From positions 2,272,001 through 2,336,000 of the forward strand of contig CBDBZU010000004.1 of assembly GCA_965213625.1 (NCBI GenBank): a DNA stretch of 64,000 nt, read 5' to 3'. Source of the DNA: a bacterium. Its GTDB lineage: Bacteria; UBA8248. The translations under genes were made by a program, and so were the position numbers. The notes below the pieces were generated by a model, which saw only the letters and a list, made by a program, of their open reading frames with translations, was not told the origin of the DNA and searched no databases. Positions 30,844 to 40,784 of this stretch are shown here, in pieces. How positions within the stretch are numbered: the first letter of the stretch is position 1; each line of letters begins with the position of its first letter.

Positions 30844-31171
30844 GTAGGGACAGGCTCCAGTGCCTGTCCGAGGCCTCCGTGCCTGTCCTGAGCAGGGATA
30901 ACCACAGGGGGAGAAGGCAACCCAAAAAGGTTGTCCCTCTGCATTTTCAAGGGTCCTCTCTCGGGTCGCCGCCCGTCCCTGCAAGGAAACCACAAGACTA
31001 TCTTTTCCGATCGCGTCCGACCTCCGCCCATCATTCCGTATTCGTGGTGTAGGGGTCGCATATATGCGACCCGCCTTTTTCGCCGTCCGGAATACGGGTC
31101 GCATGATATGCGACCCCTACAATAAAAACCTCGAATAGCGACCGTAGGGACAGGTCGCGACCTGTCCCTAC
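30844..31171. repeat. GTAG-type REP palindrome cluster
   Basis: GTAGGGACAGGCTCCAGTGCCTGTCC (30844-30869); inverted pair GTAGGGGTCGCATATATGCGACCC (31049-31072) / GGGTCGCATGATATGCGACCCCTAC (31096-31120); perfect palindrome GTAGGGACAGGTCGCGACCTGTCCCTAC (31144-31171). Confidence 0.8.
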
Positions 31172-31332
31172 CATAAATCCTGCAACCCTCATTCTGTGGT
31201 CTTTTCCACCAACCCCCCACCGCGCGGATTGAACCACCACCGCGCCGTGTGGTACTCATGGAAGTCTAAAAATCATGTTCTCATGACATTCCAACGGTTG
31301 CATTGCGATGATGTCGCCGGGAGGAGGAAGCC

Positions 31333-32322
31333 GTGGCCACCAGGGCGAAGCGAAGATCGGCAAAACCGAAAAGGTTGACGAAAAAGGACTTGAACGCGAT
31401 GTACCGCAACATGCTGCGGATCCGCCGCTTCGAGGAGAAGACGGACGAGTTCTTCATGGCGGGCCGGGTGAAGGGTGCGGTTCACGTGAGTATCGGGCAG
31501 GAGGCGTGCTCGGTCGGCGTCTGCACGGCCTTGAACGATGAGGACGCCATTTTGACCACCCACCGGGGCCACGGGCACTCCATCGCCAAGGGCACCCGGA
31601 TGCCCGAGATGATGGCCGAGTTGCTCGGCAAGTCCACGGGCCTCTGCAAGGCGCGCGGCGGCTCCATGCACATTGCCGACATCTCGAAGGGCCACTACGG
31701 CGCGCACTCCATCGTGGGGGCGAACATGCCGATGGCGACGGGCATGGGCCTCGCCTATCAACTGGAAGGAACGGGCCGGGTGGCGGTGGTCTTCTTCGGC
31801 GACGGCGCCTCGAACCAGGGCAGTTTTCATGAGTCGATGAACCTGTGCGCCATCTGGAAGCTGCCGGTCATCTTCTTCTGCGAGAACAACCACTACGCGG
31901 TGAGCTACCACGTGGAGCGCTCCACGTCCGTCAAGGACATCAGCGTGCGCGCGCAGGGCTACAACGCCCCCGGCGTGACGGTGGACGGCATGGACGTGGT
32001 GGCCGTCTACGAGGCGACGGCCGAGGCCGTGCGCAGGGCGCGCGAGGGCGGCGGCCCGAGCCTCATCGAGGCGAAGACCTACCGCTTCTTCGGACATTCG
32101 CGGGGCGACCCCCAGTTCGGCCCCTACCGCACGAAGGAAGAGGTGGACGAGTGGAGGAAGCGCGATCCGCTTACCATCGCGGCGAAGATGCTCAAAATGA
32201 CGGAAGCGCAGAAAAAGGCGCACTTAAAAGCCGTGGACGATGAGTTGAACGGGGCCATCGACTTTGCGGAGCAAAGCCCCGAAGCGACGCTCGAATCCGC
32301 ACTCGAGGACGTATACGCGTAG
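31333..32322 (+). CDS. TPP-dependent 2-oxoacid/acetoin dehydrogenase E1 alpha
   Basis: IGQEA, THRGHGH, GGSMH, GDGA...ENNHY TPP motif, TYRFFGHS. Confidence 0.92.
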   Translation: MATRAKRRSAKPKRLTKKDLNAMYRNMLRIRRFEEKTDEFFMAGRVKGAVHVSIGQEACSVGVCTALNDEDAILTTHRGHGHSIAKGTRMPEMMAELLGKSTGLCKARGGSMHIADISKGHYGAHSIVGANMPMATGMGLAYQLEGTGRVAVVFFGDGASNQGSFHESMNLCAIWKLPVIFFCENNHYAVSYHVERSTSVKDISVRAQGYNAPGVTVDGMDVVAVYEATAEAVRRAREGGGPSLIEAKTYRFFGHSRGDPQFGPYRTKEEVDEWRKRDPLTIAAKMLKMTEAQKKAHLKAVDDELNGAIDFAEQSPEATLESALEDVYA

Positions 32323-32353
32323 CAAAGGGAATGGTGGAATCACTCCCCCTCAA

Positions 32354-33873
32354 GGGGCTGTTGAAAAAGCCCCGGCATTGTGATTGGGTGTAATGACACT
32401 ATCTCGCCCGAGATGGGAGTTCCCTCGATGATAGGCAGCAAGGGGCGCGAGCAGATGGATTTGTTCGTGGCCGGTTCGCTGGAACGGCTGATCCCCGAGG
32501 ATCACGTCCTGATGCGCGTGGACCACGTACTGGATTTGAGCTGGCTACGGGAGGAGGTGGCGGATTGCTATTGCGCGGATAACGGTCGTCCGGGGATCGA
32601 CCCGGAGGTGGCGCTCCGCTTGATGCTGGCGGGTATGTTGCTGGGCTACGTTCACGACCGTCGCCTGCTTCGCGAGGCGCGTGCGCACCTGGCGATCCGG
32701 TGGTTCATCGGGTACGGGCTGCACGAGGAGTTGCCGCATCATTCGAGCCTGACGCGGATACGTCAGCGCTGGGGGGAGGCACGGTTCAAGGAGATATTCC
32801 GTCGCACGGTGCAGGCTTGCCTGGAGGCGAATGTGGCGAAGGGGGAAGTGGTGCACGTGGACGCCTCGTTGATACGCGCGGACGTGAGCTGGGAGAGCCT
32901 GGCGGCGCACCACGCGGAGAAGGTGATTCAGGAGAATCCCGTCGATGATGAGGTCGGGAAGAAGGGAGGAGGCCGCGGTGGCGGGGGTCCGGTGAGCCGG
33001 ACGGACCCGGACGCGCGGCTTGCGCGCAAGAGCGCGCGGGCGGGGTTCGAGCCGAGCTACAAGCAGCACGCGGCGGTGGACGATGAGCGGGGTGTTGTTC
33101 TCGACGTGTCGGTGACGGAGGGGACGCGGAACGAGCGTGAGATGATGGCGTCCCATATAGAGGCGGTAAGCGAGTTGTCGGGCCGCACGCCGGAGATGGT
33201 GACGGCGGATTCGGGGTACGCGTACTCGAAGGTTTATGGCGAATTGGAGCGGCGGGGCGTGGAAGCGCTGATACCAGCGAAGAAGGAACCCAGCCAGAGC
33301 CGTGTTCCGCTGCAGTTGTTCCACTACGACGCGCGCAACGAGGTGGTGAAGTGTCCGGGAGGCAAGACGCTGCGCCCCCGGCAGGCGACGGAGCGGGGGC
33401 GCTCCTATGTATCGAAGACGCGGGATTGCGCGGGCTGCGCGCTCAGGCCCGATTGTCTGTCGAAGTCGCGCACGAGCAGGACGGTGTTGATTCCGCACGC
33501 GTATCCGGCGCTGTTGCGCGCGCGTCGGTGGCATGCGCGCTGGGGGCAGGAGGAGAAGCGTCTCTATGGCCGCCACCGTTGGCGCTCGGAGGGCTACCAC
33601 GGCGAGGCGAAGAGCCGGCACGGACTGGGGCGGGCGGTGCGCCGGGGCCTTGCGAACATGCGGATCCAGTCCTACCTGACGGCGATAGCGGTGAACCTCA
33701 AGCGGCTGGCCGCCGCTTTTGCGGCGCGTATATTCGCCTTGTGGACGGCCTGTGCCGCCCGGAGACGCCGGCTGCGCGCACATGGCGCCCTCACGCGCCG
33801 ATTGGGCTGCCTCCCCGCCGCCGCGTGAGCCGCCAAAACGCCCGCTTCCAACACCGGGTTTTTCAACAGACCC
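32354..33873 (+). mobile_element. IS1182-family insertion sequence
   Basis: IRs GGGGCTGTTGAAAAA / TTTTTCAACAGACCC; 5-bp target duplication CTCAA at 32349-32353 and 33874-33878. Confidence 0.92.
32428..33828 (+). CDS. IS1182-family DDE transposase
   Basis: IPEDH, GRPGIDP, PHHSSL, VDAS, RTDPDA, TADSGY, CPGG...C..C..R..C, R..SE...GEAK..HGL, NLKRL. Confidence 0.9.
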   Translation: MIGSKGREQMDLFVAGSLERLIPEDHVLMRVDHVLDLSWLREEVADCYCADNGRPGIDPEVALRLMLAGMLLGYVHDRRLLREARAHLAIRWFIGYGLHEELPHHSSLTRIRQRWGEARFKEIFRRTVQACLEANVAKGEVVHVDASLIRADVSWESLAAHHAEKVIQENPVDDEVGKKGGGRGGGGPVSRTDPDARLARKSARAGFEPSYKQHAAVDDERGVVLDVSVTEGTRNEREMMASHIEAVSELSGRTPEMVTADSGYAYSKVYGELERRGVEALIPAKKEPSQSRVPLQLFHYDARNEVVKCPGGKTLRPRQATERGRSYVSKTRDCAGCALRPDCLSKSRTSRTVLIPHAYPALLRARRWHARWGQEEKRLYGRHRWRSEGYHGEAKSRHGLGRAVRRGLANMRIQSYLTAIAVNLKRLAAAFAARIFALWTACAARRRRLRAHGALTRRLGCLPAAA

Positions 33874-33916
33874 CTCAAGGGGGGAGTGAAAAAAGCCCAA
33901 GCAGGAGAGAAATGAC

Positions 33917-34897
33917 ATGCGAGAGATTACTTTTGTGGATGCGTTGACCGAGGCCCATCACGAGGAGATGGAGCGCGATGAGCGCGTGATCGTCATGGGC
34001 GAGGACGTGGAGCTTGCCTACGTTTTCGGCGTGACGAAGGGGCTGGCCGAGAAATTCGGGCGGGACCGCGTGCGCGATACGCCCATCAGCGAACTCGGCA
34101 TCGTGGGCGCGGGCGTGGGCGCGGCCATGGCGGGATACCGGCCCATCGTCGAGATCATGTTCATGGACTTCATCATGCTGGCGATGGACCCGCTCATCAA
34201 CCAGGCGGCGAAGCTGCGCTACATGCTGGGCGGGCAGTTGAGCGTGCCGCTCGTGGTGCGCACCCCCGGCGGCGGCGGCGTGCAGTACGGCCCCACGCAC
34301 AGCCAGTGCCTGGAAGCCTGGTTCATGCAGATACCGGGCATCAAGGTGGCGGCGCCGAGCGACCCCGCGGACGCCAAGGGTCTTATGTGCGCCGCGATCC
34401 GCGACGACAACCCCGTGCTCATGGTGGAGCACAAGATGCTCTACAAGATGAAGGGCCCCGTGCCCGAGGGCGAGCACGTCACCCCCTTCGGTCAGGCCGC
34501 CGTGAAGCGCGAGGGCACGGACATCACCCTCATCGGCGTGGGCTACCAGGTGCACAACTGCCTGGCGGCGGCGGATGAACTCGCGAAAGAGGGGGTCAGC
34601 GCCGAAGTGGTCGACCCCAGGACGCTGGCCCCGCTCGATACCGGGACGCTCGCCGAATCGGTCCGCAAGACGAACCGCTGCATCATCGTCGAGGAAGGGC
34701 ACCTGAGGAGCGGCGTGGGTTCGGAGATTTCCGCGGCCGTTCAGGAAGAGGCCTTCGATTACCTCGACGCCCCCATCGGCCGCGTGGCCGCCCTCGATGC
34801 GCCCATCCCCTTCGAGCCCCGCCTCGAGGATTTCGTGCTCCCCAACACGGCGAACGTCGTCGACGCCGCGAAGAAGGCGCTGGGGGTTAGTGTGTAA
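33917..34897 (+). CDS. TPP-dependent dehydrogenase E1 beta
   Basis: MGEDV, DTPISE, RPIVEIMF.DF, NQAAK, HSQ, VDPRTLAPLD. Confidence 0.93.
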   Translation: MREITFVDALTEAHHEEMERDERVIVMGEDVELAYVFGVTKGLAEKFGRDRVRDTPISELGIVGAGVGAAMAGYRPIVEIMFMDFIMLAMDPLINQAAKLRYMLGGQLSVPLVVRTPGGGGVQYGPTHSQCLEAWFMQIPGIKVAAPSDPADAKGLMCAAIRDDNPVLMVEHKMLYKMKGPVPEGEHVTPFGQAAVKREGTDITLIGVGYQVHNCLAAADELAKEGVSAEVVDPRTLAPLDTGTLAESVRKTNRCIIVEEGHLRSGVGSEISAAVQEEAFDYLDAPIGRVAALDAPIPFEPRLEDFVLPNTANVVDAAKKALGVSV

Positions 34898-35093
34898 AAG
34901 GGCTTCGTCCGAGAAATTTGTGGAAAGCTCTGAAGTCTGTGGTGGGTTCATTTCTTTTCAACGGACTCAAACGCTTTTGAGAGAAATGGCGCGCCCGTAG
35001 GAATACCAGCCAGATGAATACCAACCTCGAATCATCGGTAAAGACTCACTCCAAAGTCATGGCCGAAGCGTAAGAATCTGAGTTTCTGGAAGG

Positions 35094-35153
35094 GTAGGGA
35101 CAGGTCGAGACCTGTCCTTTTGCAGGACAACCACTGGTGGGGGGTATCCCTAC
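35094..35153. repeat. GTAG-type REP
   Basis: GTAGGGACAGGTCGAGACCTGTCC (35094-35117) with degenerate partner ending CCCTAC (35153). Confidence 0.7.
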
Positions 35154-35263
35154 GAAGGCGAGGGAGCCGGGCAGTTGCCGGAATGGGTCGTTTTGACTTT
35201 TCAAGCGCCTTGAGTGACATTGAAAAGCAAGCTGCTCCACGAGGACAGACAGGAGAGAACCGA

Positions 35264-35596
35264 ATGACGGAATACGAAGCCGCAAGCCTCGCCGTGCAAC
35301 ATTCTGCCCTCGCCTTGCAACAAGCCGCCATATGGGTTGCCGCCGCAGTCGGGGCCGCGCAATGCAGCCTCATCGGAATTGGCCTCTACATCATGCGGCA
35401 GGCCTCGAAGCAACGCGACGCCCTGCACAGGGAAACCATGGCGTCGCTGAACGCTCAGCGAGAGGCGCAAAGCGAACAGCACCGGGAAACCATGAAGGCG
35501 CTGGAAGGCCAACACAAGGCGCTGGAAAACCAGAGCGAAGCGCTCCGGGAACTCATCCGGCGTACGTCTGCGCCATCCGCGCAGGAGGACGGGTGA
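35264..35596 (+). CDS. Small membrane-anchored coiled-coil hypothetical protein
   Basis: AGGAG RBS; paralogous to 25119-25367 (QC.LI..GL..M..AS..RD..H.ETM...LI.RTS). Confidence 0.7.
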   Translation: MTEYEAASLAVQHSALALQQAAIWVAAAVGAAQCSLIGIGLYIMRQASKQRDALHRETMASLNAQREAQSEQHRETMKALEGQHKALENQSEALRELIRRTSAPSAQEDG

Positions 35597-35897
35597 AGTG
35601 AGAATCACCGCCTCCTCCGTCTTTTCTCTTTCATTACCCTAGCTTCCCAGAGCGCGTGCATTTTTTTATGCAAAATGAAGAACTGCTCTGCGCGCTCACG
35701 TGCGGAGGCGAAGCCGGTGCGGTGGTAGAGGATGTGTCAAAGGGAGCGGTTTTCGAGATGTTTGTTTCTGGTCTTGAAGTCATGTATAATTTTCTCATCA
35801 TCGGCAATTCATAAGGTATTGTGGGTTTTGCGGCTCCTGCCGTGGACCGACAATTCAAGCCAGCGGGAATGCCCAATCTACAGAGGAGATTGGAGCA

Positions 35898-37667
35898 ATG
35901 TCCTCACGCCGAGCCCTGATCGATGTCGCCCTAGGCAATGAACCTGCGGAACTCGCCATCACGAATGGCCGCGTCGTCAATGTACATACCCGTGAAATCT
36001 ATAGCGCCGGGGTTGCGATCAAGGGTGACCGGATAGCGGCGGTCGGCGACATCGATTACGCGATCGGTGAGAACACGGAAGTGATCGACGCTGAGAACCG
36101 CTATGTAACACCCGGCCTGGTCGACGGCCACCTCCACATGTATCACTCCTACCTGGGCGTGAACGAGTTCGTCGAGGGGATGCTGCGGCATGGCGTCACC
36201 GCCTACGCAGACGGCTTCTATGGCCAGGGGATCGTCGGTGGTCGGGAAGCGATCCGGTTTTTCAAGGATGCGTTAGAAGCCACCCCGCTCAGGCTTATAT
36301 TCCTGGTCCCTACTCTCGCGCACCTGCAGAACCGCGAACTCGGCCTCGAGCCCACACCAGGCATCAGCATCGAAGAGATGAACGAGATGCTCGACTGGGA
36401 AAACTGCGTGGGTCTGGAGGAGCCGCCGTTCCTGCCGGTCTGTGAGAAGTGGGAAGATTACCTGGACCTCTTCGACCGGTGCCTGGAGCAGCGCAAAACG
36501 ATTACGGGGCATGCCGCCGGCGCCAGTTGGCGCCAGATGCAGGCATACGCCGCGGTCGGGACCAGTACCGACCACGAGTCCATTGCGACCGACGAGGCGG
36601 TCGACAAGACCCGGGCCGGCTTTCGCCTGCTCATGCGTCTCGGGTCAGGCGCGATTGACGTGCCCGAACTCGTCAAGGCGTATCTTGAGCACAAGGTCGA
36701 CCCGAGAGCGCTTGCCATGTGCGCCGATCTCGCTTCGCCGGAGAAACTGCTGCGCGAAGGCGGAGTCGATGCAAATATCCGCGTGGCCGTTCGAAATGGC
36801 GTGCCGCCTGTAATCGCGGTTCAGATGGCGACCATCAATGTCGCCGAGGCCTTCTATTTGCAGAGGGACATGGGGGCGGTCGCTCCAGGCCGCTACGCCG
36901 ACATCCTGCTCGTCGACGACCTGGTCACATTTGATATCTCCCGCGTATTCGTCGGCGGGGAGACCGTAGTCCGGGACGGCGAGTTCCTGGCGGACCTGAC
37001 CCCCATCGAGTATCCAGGCAACTTCCGCGGGACGGTCAGGATCGAGCGTGAGATCGCCCCTGTTGCTCTCGAACCTCGGACCGATGAGGAGGGCCCGGTG
37101 ACCGTTCGGGTGATCGGCGTGACGGACGGCAGCCTCGTAACCGATGACGGAAGGGCGGTCCTCGACGTTAAAGATGGCGTGATTCAGCCGGATCTCGACA
37201 ACGACGTCCTGCCGCTGACGATGGCCGATCGGTTCGGCAAGGGAGGGGGGCGCATCGGCAACGGCTTCGTGCGCGGCTTCGGGCTGAAGCGCGGGGCGAT
37301 TGCGTCGACCGTCAACGCCGTCTGCGAGAATCTGGTTGCGGTCGGTGCGAGCACGTCCGATATGGCGTTCGCCATGAACAAGCTCGCCGAGATCGGCGGC
37401 GGAAAGATAGTCGTTGCCGATGGCGAGATCCTCGCGCTGGTGGAGTTGCCCCTTCTCGGGCTTTTGTCCGAAGAACCGACGCAGACGGTTACTGCGAAGT
37501 TCGATAAGGCGTTCGACGCCATACGTGAACTCGGGTGCGATCTCGCGAGTCCGTTCTCGCAGCTTGAGTTCAGCTTCGCCTGCGGCGAAATCGGCGACCT
37601 GCGGCTTTCCGACGAAGGGTTGTTGCGGGTTGACCCGCCGGAGATGGTGTCGTTGGTCGTAGATTGA
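35898..37667 (+). CDS. Adenine deaminase-family amidohydrolase (divergent)
   Basis: PGLVDGHLH, GH, TDHE, QMATIN.A, APGRYADI, GFGLKRGAIAST; length and domain layout of Ade. Confidence 0.82.
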   Translation: MSSRRALIDVALGNEPAELAITNGRVVNVHTREIYSAGVAIKGDRIAAVGDIDYAIGENTEVIDAENRYVTPGLVDGHLHMYHSYLGVNEFVEGMLRHGVTAYADGFYGQGIVGGREAIRFFKDALEATPLRLIFLVPTLAHLQNRELGLEPTPGISIEEMNEMLDWENCVGLEEPPFLPVCEKWEDYLDLFDRCLEQRKTITGHAAGASWRQMQAYAAVGTSTDHESIATDEAVDKTRAGFRLLMRLGSGAIDVPELVKAYLEHKVDPRALAMCADLASPEKLLREGGVDANIRVAVRNGVPPVIAVQMATINVAEAFYLQRDMGAVAPGRYADILLVDDLVTFDISRVFVGGETVVRDGEFLADLTPIEYPGNFRGTVRIEREIAPVALEPRTDEEGPVTVRVIGVTDGSLVTDDGRAVLDVKDGVIQPDLDNDVLPLTMADRFGKGGGRIGNGFVRGFGLKRGAIASTVNAVCENLVAVGASTSDMAFAMNKLAEIGGGKIVVADGEILALVELPLLGLLSEEPTQTVTAKFDKAFDAIRELGCDLASPFSQLEFSFACGEIGDLRLSDEGLLRVDPPEMVSLVVD

Positions 37668-37695
37668 CGCAAACCGGAAACAAGAGGGAGAGATC

Positions 37696-38457
37696 ATGAG
37701 TGACGGAAAGCTGGCGGGCCGCGTTGCAATCGTGACCGGTGGATCGCGGGGGCTTGGACAGGCGATTGCGTGGGAATTCGCGAATGAGGGCGCCGACGTG
37801 GCCGTGGTCGGCCGAGACGAAGACGCCCTCTCTGAAACGATTGACGGCATCGAGCAGCGCGGCGGAAAGGCCGTCGCCATTGCGGCGGAACTCCGTGAAG
37901 TCGCCTCGATTCCAGGGGTCTTCGACAAAGCCGAGAGCGAACTCGGCGAGTCGACGATCCTTGTCAACAGTGCGGGCGTACAGGAGGATCGTCCTGCGCT
38001 CGATGTCACCGAGGAGCAGTATGACGAAGTAGCCGACACAAACATGAAGGCGCTGTTCTTCTGCTGCCAGGAGGCCGGCAAGCGGTGGATCGATCGCAAG
38101 AGCGGCGGACGCATCATCAACCTCGGCTCTATTTTCGCCGTCGTCGGGATGCCCAATTTCTCGGTCTATTGTTCAACAAAAGGGGGCGTGCTGCTGCTGT
38201 CCAAAGCGCTCGCGATCGAGTGGGGGCCACACGGAATCAACGTCAACCTGATCGGCCCCTGCGCCACGATGACAGACATGGTAAGGCCGCTGTTCGACGA
38301 CCCCGATTTCAAGGCGGCTTACATGCCGCGGGTGCCCGCAGGCGCCCTTCCAGATCCCCTGGACATCGGCAGGGCAGCCGTCTTCCTGGCCTCGGACGAC
38401 GCTCGGATGATCCATGGACACCATCTACTCGTCGACTCCGGCTATACGACCAACTAA
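37696..38457 (+). CDS. Short-chain dehydrogenase/reductase
   Basis: TGGSRGLG, NSAG, YCSTK catalytic motif. Confidence 0.93.
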   Translation: MSDGKLAGRVAIVTGGSRGLGQAIAWEFANEGADVAVVGRDEDALSETIDGIEQRGGKAVAIAAELREVASIPGVFDKAESELGESTILVNSAGVQEDRPALDVTEEQYDEVADTNMKALFFCCQEAGKRWIDRKSGGRIINLGSIFAVVGMPNFSVYCSTKGGVLLLSKALAIEWGPHGINVNLIGPCATMTDMVRPLFDDPDFKAAYMPRVPAGALPDPLDIGRAAVFLASDDARMIHGHHLLVDSGYTTN

Positions 38458-38476
38458 TCGAGGTTCGGGGGGGGCT

Positions 38477-39580
38477 GTGACCCTGGTGACTGACCAAAGC
38501 GATACACCAGGCGGTCCTATAGCAGTCGACCAACCCGGGAACGGTCCCGAACAGGTAACGACCTGGGCCGTCGGCGCTTTGGAGCGTACGCGTGGTCTGC
38601 TGCGTCACGAGGTGCAGCTGCTGCTCGCCCTCGTCCTCCTCTACCTCGGGTTTTCGATCATAGAACCCGACATCTTTATCTCTATCAGGACCATCGAGAA
38701 TCTCGCCAGACAGGCGGGCGTCCTGCTGGTCGCCAGCGTCGGGCAGATGCTGGTGCTCGTCGTGGGCGGGTTCGACATCTCGGTCGGAGCTACCGCGGGA
38801 CTCGCATCCACGGCGCTCGCACTGCTCGTTGACGATTTCGGGTTGTACGGGGCCGTTACGGCGGCGTTGGCGCTCGGAGCCCTTGTCGGCTCCGTCAACG
38901 GTCTTGTGATCGCGTACTTGAGGGTCAATCCCTTCGTGGCTACATTGGCGATGCTGACATTCCTGACCGGGTTGTCAAACGAACTGAGCAGCGGCGCTTC
39001 GGTTCCGATTACCGACCGGGGTGTGAGCGCGTTCGGGGCGGACGAGTGGGGGCCGCTGCCGGGGACAATGGGTGTTGGACTGGTAGTCGTATTCATTGCA
39101 TACCTGCTTCTCAACCGCCTCAGGGCGGGTCTCTACATCTATGCGATCGGGGGGGGGCGCGAGACGGCGCGTCTGTCGGGGATTTCGGTCGCCCGTTACG
39201 AAGTTCTCGCCTATGCGATGTGCGGCTTTTTTGCGGCCGTCGCCGGGGTCATGCTCGCATCCAGGGTCACGCTGGGACAGGCAAGCCTCGGGGCTGGCCT
39301 GGAGCTTGAATCCATCGCCGCGGCGGTGATCGGGGGCGCCGCGATCGGCGGCGGAGTCGGCCGGCTGCTTGGCGCTGCGATGGGGGTGGGGATCCTGACG
39401 GTTCTCACCAGCGGTCTCGAGATCGTCGGTGTTTCGGAGTTCGCGCGCCAGATGGTTACCGGCGTCGTGCTGGTTGTAGCGGTCGCCTTCAACCAACGAG
39501 GACGGCTGGGTGAATGGGCGATCTTCAAGCAAGCGAAATTACTGCTCCGCGGCCGCGGCGTACGGCCCCGCGGTCCTTGA
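38477..39580 (+). CDS. Ribose/monosaccharide-type (CUT2) ABC permease
   Basis: GGFDISVG, PFVATL, YAIGG..ETARLSGI, ELESIAAAVIGG; start uncertain. Confidence 0.9.
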   Translation: MTLVTDQSDTPGGPIAVDQPGNGPEQVTTWAVGALERTRGLLRHEVQLLLALVLLYLGFSIIEPDIFISIRTIENLARQAGVLLVASVGQMLVLVVGGFDISVGATAGLASTALALLVDDFGLYGAVTAALALGALVGSVNGLVIAYLRVNPFVATLAMLTFLTGLSNELSSGASVPITDRGVSAFGADEWGPLPGTMGVGLVVVFIAYLLLNRLRAGLYIYAIGGGRETARLSGISVARYEVLAYAMCGFFAAVAGVMLASRVTLGQASLGAGLELESIAAAVIGGAAIGGGVGRLLGAAMGVGILTVLTSGLEIVGVSEFARQMVTGVVLVVAVAFNQRGRLGEWAIFKQAKLLLRGRGVRPRGP

Positions 39581-39616
39581 CGCAACATATCGTTTCCACT
39601 GCCAAAGGAGAACACC

Positions 39617-40738
39617 ATGCGTATGAAATATTTGATTGCCATGCTGAGTCTCGTCACGTTGATGCTTATGTTCTGGGGAGGGAGCGAGGTGAGCGCCCAG
39701 GCCATCAAGATCAGCCCAAAAGATGCGGCCTATGCGAAGTATCAGGCGCTTTCGACGGCGAAGAAGTTGCATTCGAATCTTCCCTGCACGGTTTCTCCTA
39801 CCCCGAAGGAAGCCGCTGCGTACCGCGCGCCAAAGGCGAAGCGCAGGTACACGATCGGCTTCATGGAGCCCACGCTGGCGGGACACTATTACCAGGCAGG
39901 CTCCAGCGGCGCGGTCAAGGCCGCCAAAGAGGCGGGCGTGAAGCTCGAGTTCGTTTCGGCGGGCACCGGATACGCGTCGCCCGAGCAGCAGTTCAAACAG
40001 GCCGAGCGTCTCCTGCTGAAAGGCGTGGACGCAGTCGCCGTCATCCCGACCGATATCCAAGGCGGTGTCGCAATCACCAACCTTTTCCTCCGCGAGAAAA
40101 TTCCGGTCGTGATCGTGGCCACCGAGTCCAGCTCGCCGGATGCATACATGGTGATGCAGGACGACTACCAGATGGGCCGAGATTCGGCTGACCTGCTGGT
40201 GAAAGAGACCGGCCCGAATGCCGGGAAGGGCATCGTGATCGCCGGGCCGGCCAACGCCACCTGGTCGGCCAAGCGGGCGGCTGGTTTCGCGGATCGGGTG
40301 AAAGAAAAATACCCGGGCGTCAAGATCGCCGTCTCGGCGACGCAGAATGTCGATCCCGCCCAAGGGCTGAAATCATTCGAGAACGCGGTTCAGGCCCATC
40401 CTGATATCAAATGGGTGTATTCGGTCTTTAACCTGCTGCTCGATCCCGACTCGCTGCCGGCGCGGTACAAGAAGGTGGCTTTCGTCACGAATGGCCTGGA
40501 CCCTGCCTCCATTCAGGATTTGAAAGAGGGTCAATACTCGACGATCATCGGCATCACACCGACTCCGATGGGTTACCAGGGGGTCGGTCACGCCGTGTCG
40601 ATCCTGAATGGCGATCAGAACGTGCCCGCCCTGGTGTGCATCCCGCTGACGCGGTACACCGCAAAAGACATGCCGCCCGACAAAACGGCGGTGACGCTGG
40701 AGCTTATCCAGAAAGGGTTTGAGGTCTCGGCTAAATAA
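39617..40738 (+). CDS. Sugar-type ABC substrate-binding protein
   Basis: Signal peptide; KGVDAVAV.P, KIPVV, QDDYQMG, R..GF, HPDI; operon context. Confidence 0.85.
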   Translation: MRMKYLIAMLSLVTLMLMFWGGSEVSAQAIKISPKDAAYAKYQALSTAKKLHSNLPCTVSPTPKEAAAYRAPKAKRRYTIGFMEPTLAGHYYQAGSSGAVKAAKEAGVKLEFVSAGTGYASPEQQFKQAERLLLKGVDAVAVIPTDIQGGVAITNLFLREKIPVVIVATESSSPDAYMVMQDDYQMGRDSADLLVKETGPNAGKGIVIAGPANATWSAKRAAGFADRVKEKYPGVKIAVSATQNVDPAQGLKSFENAVQAHPDIKWVYSVFNLLLDPDSLPARYKKVAFVTNGLDPASIQDLKEGQYSTIIGITPTPMGYQGVGHAVSILNGDQNVPALVCIPLTRYTAKDMPPDKTAVTLELIQKGFEVSAK

Positions 40739-40784
40739 TGACCAACCAGCAGCGCTTCGCTCGCGAGCCTGGTGGTCGCAGAGG

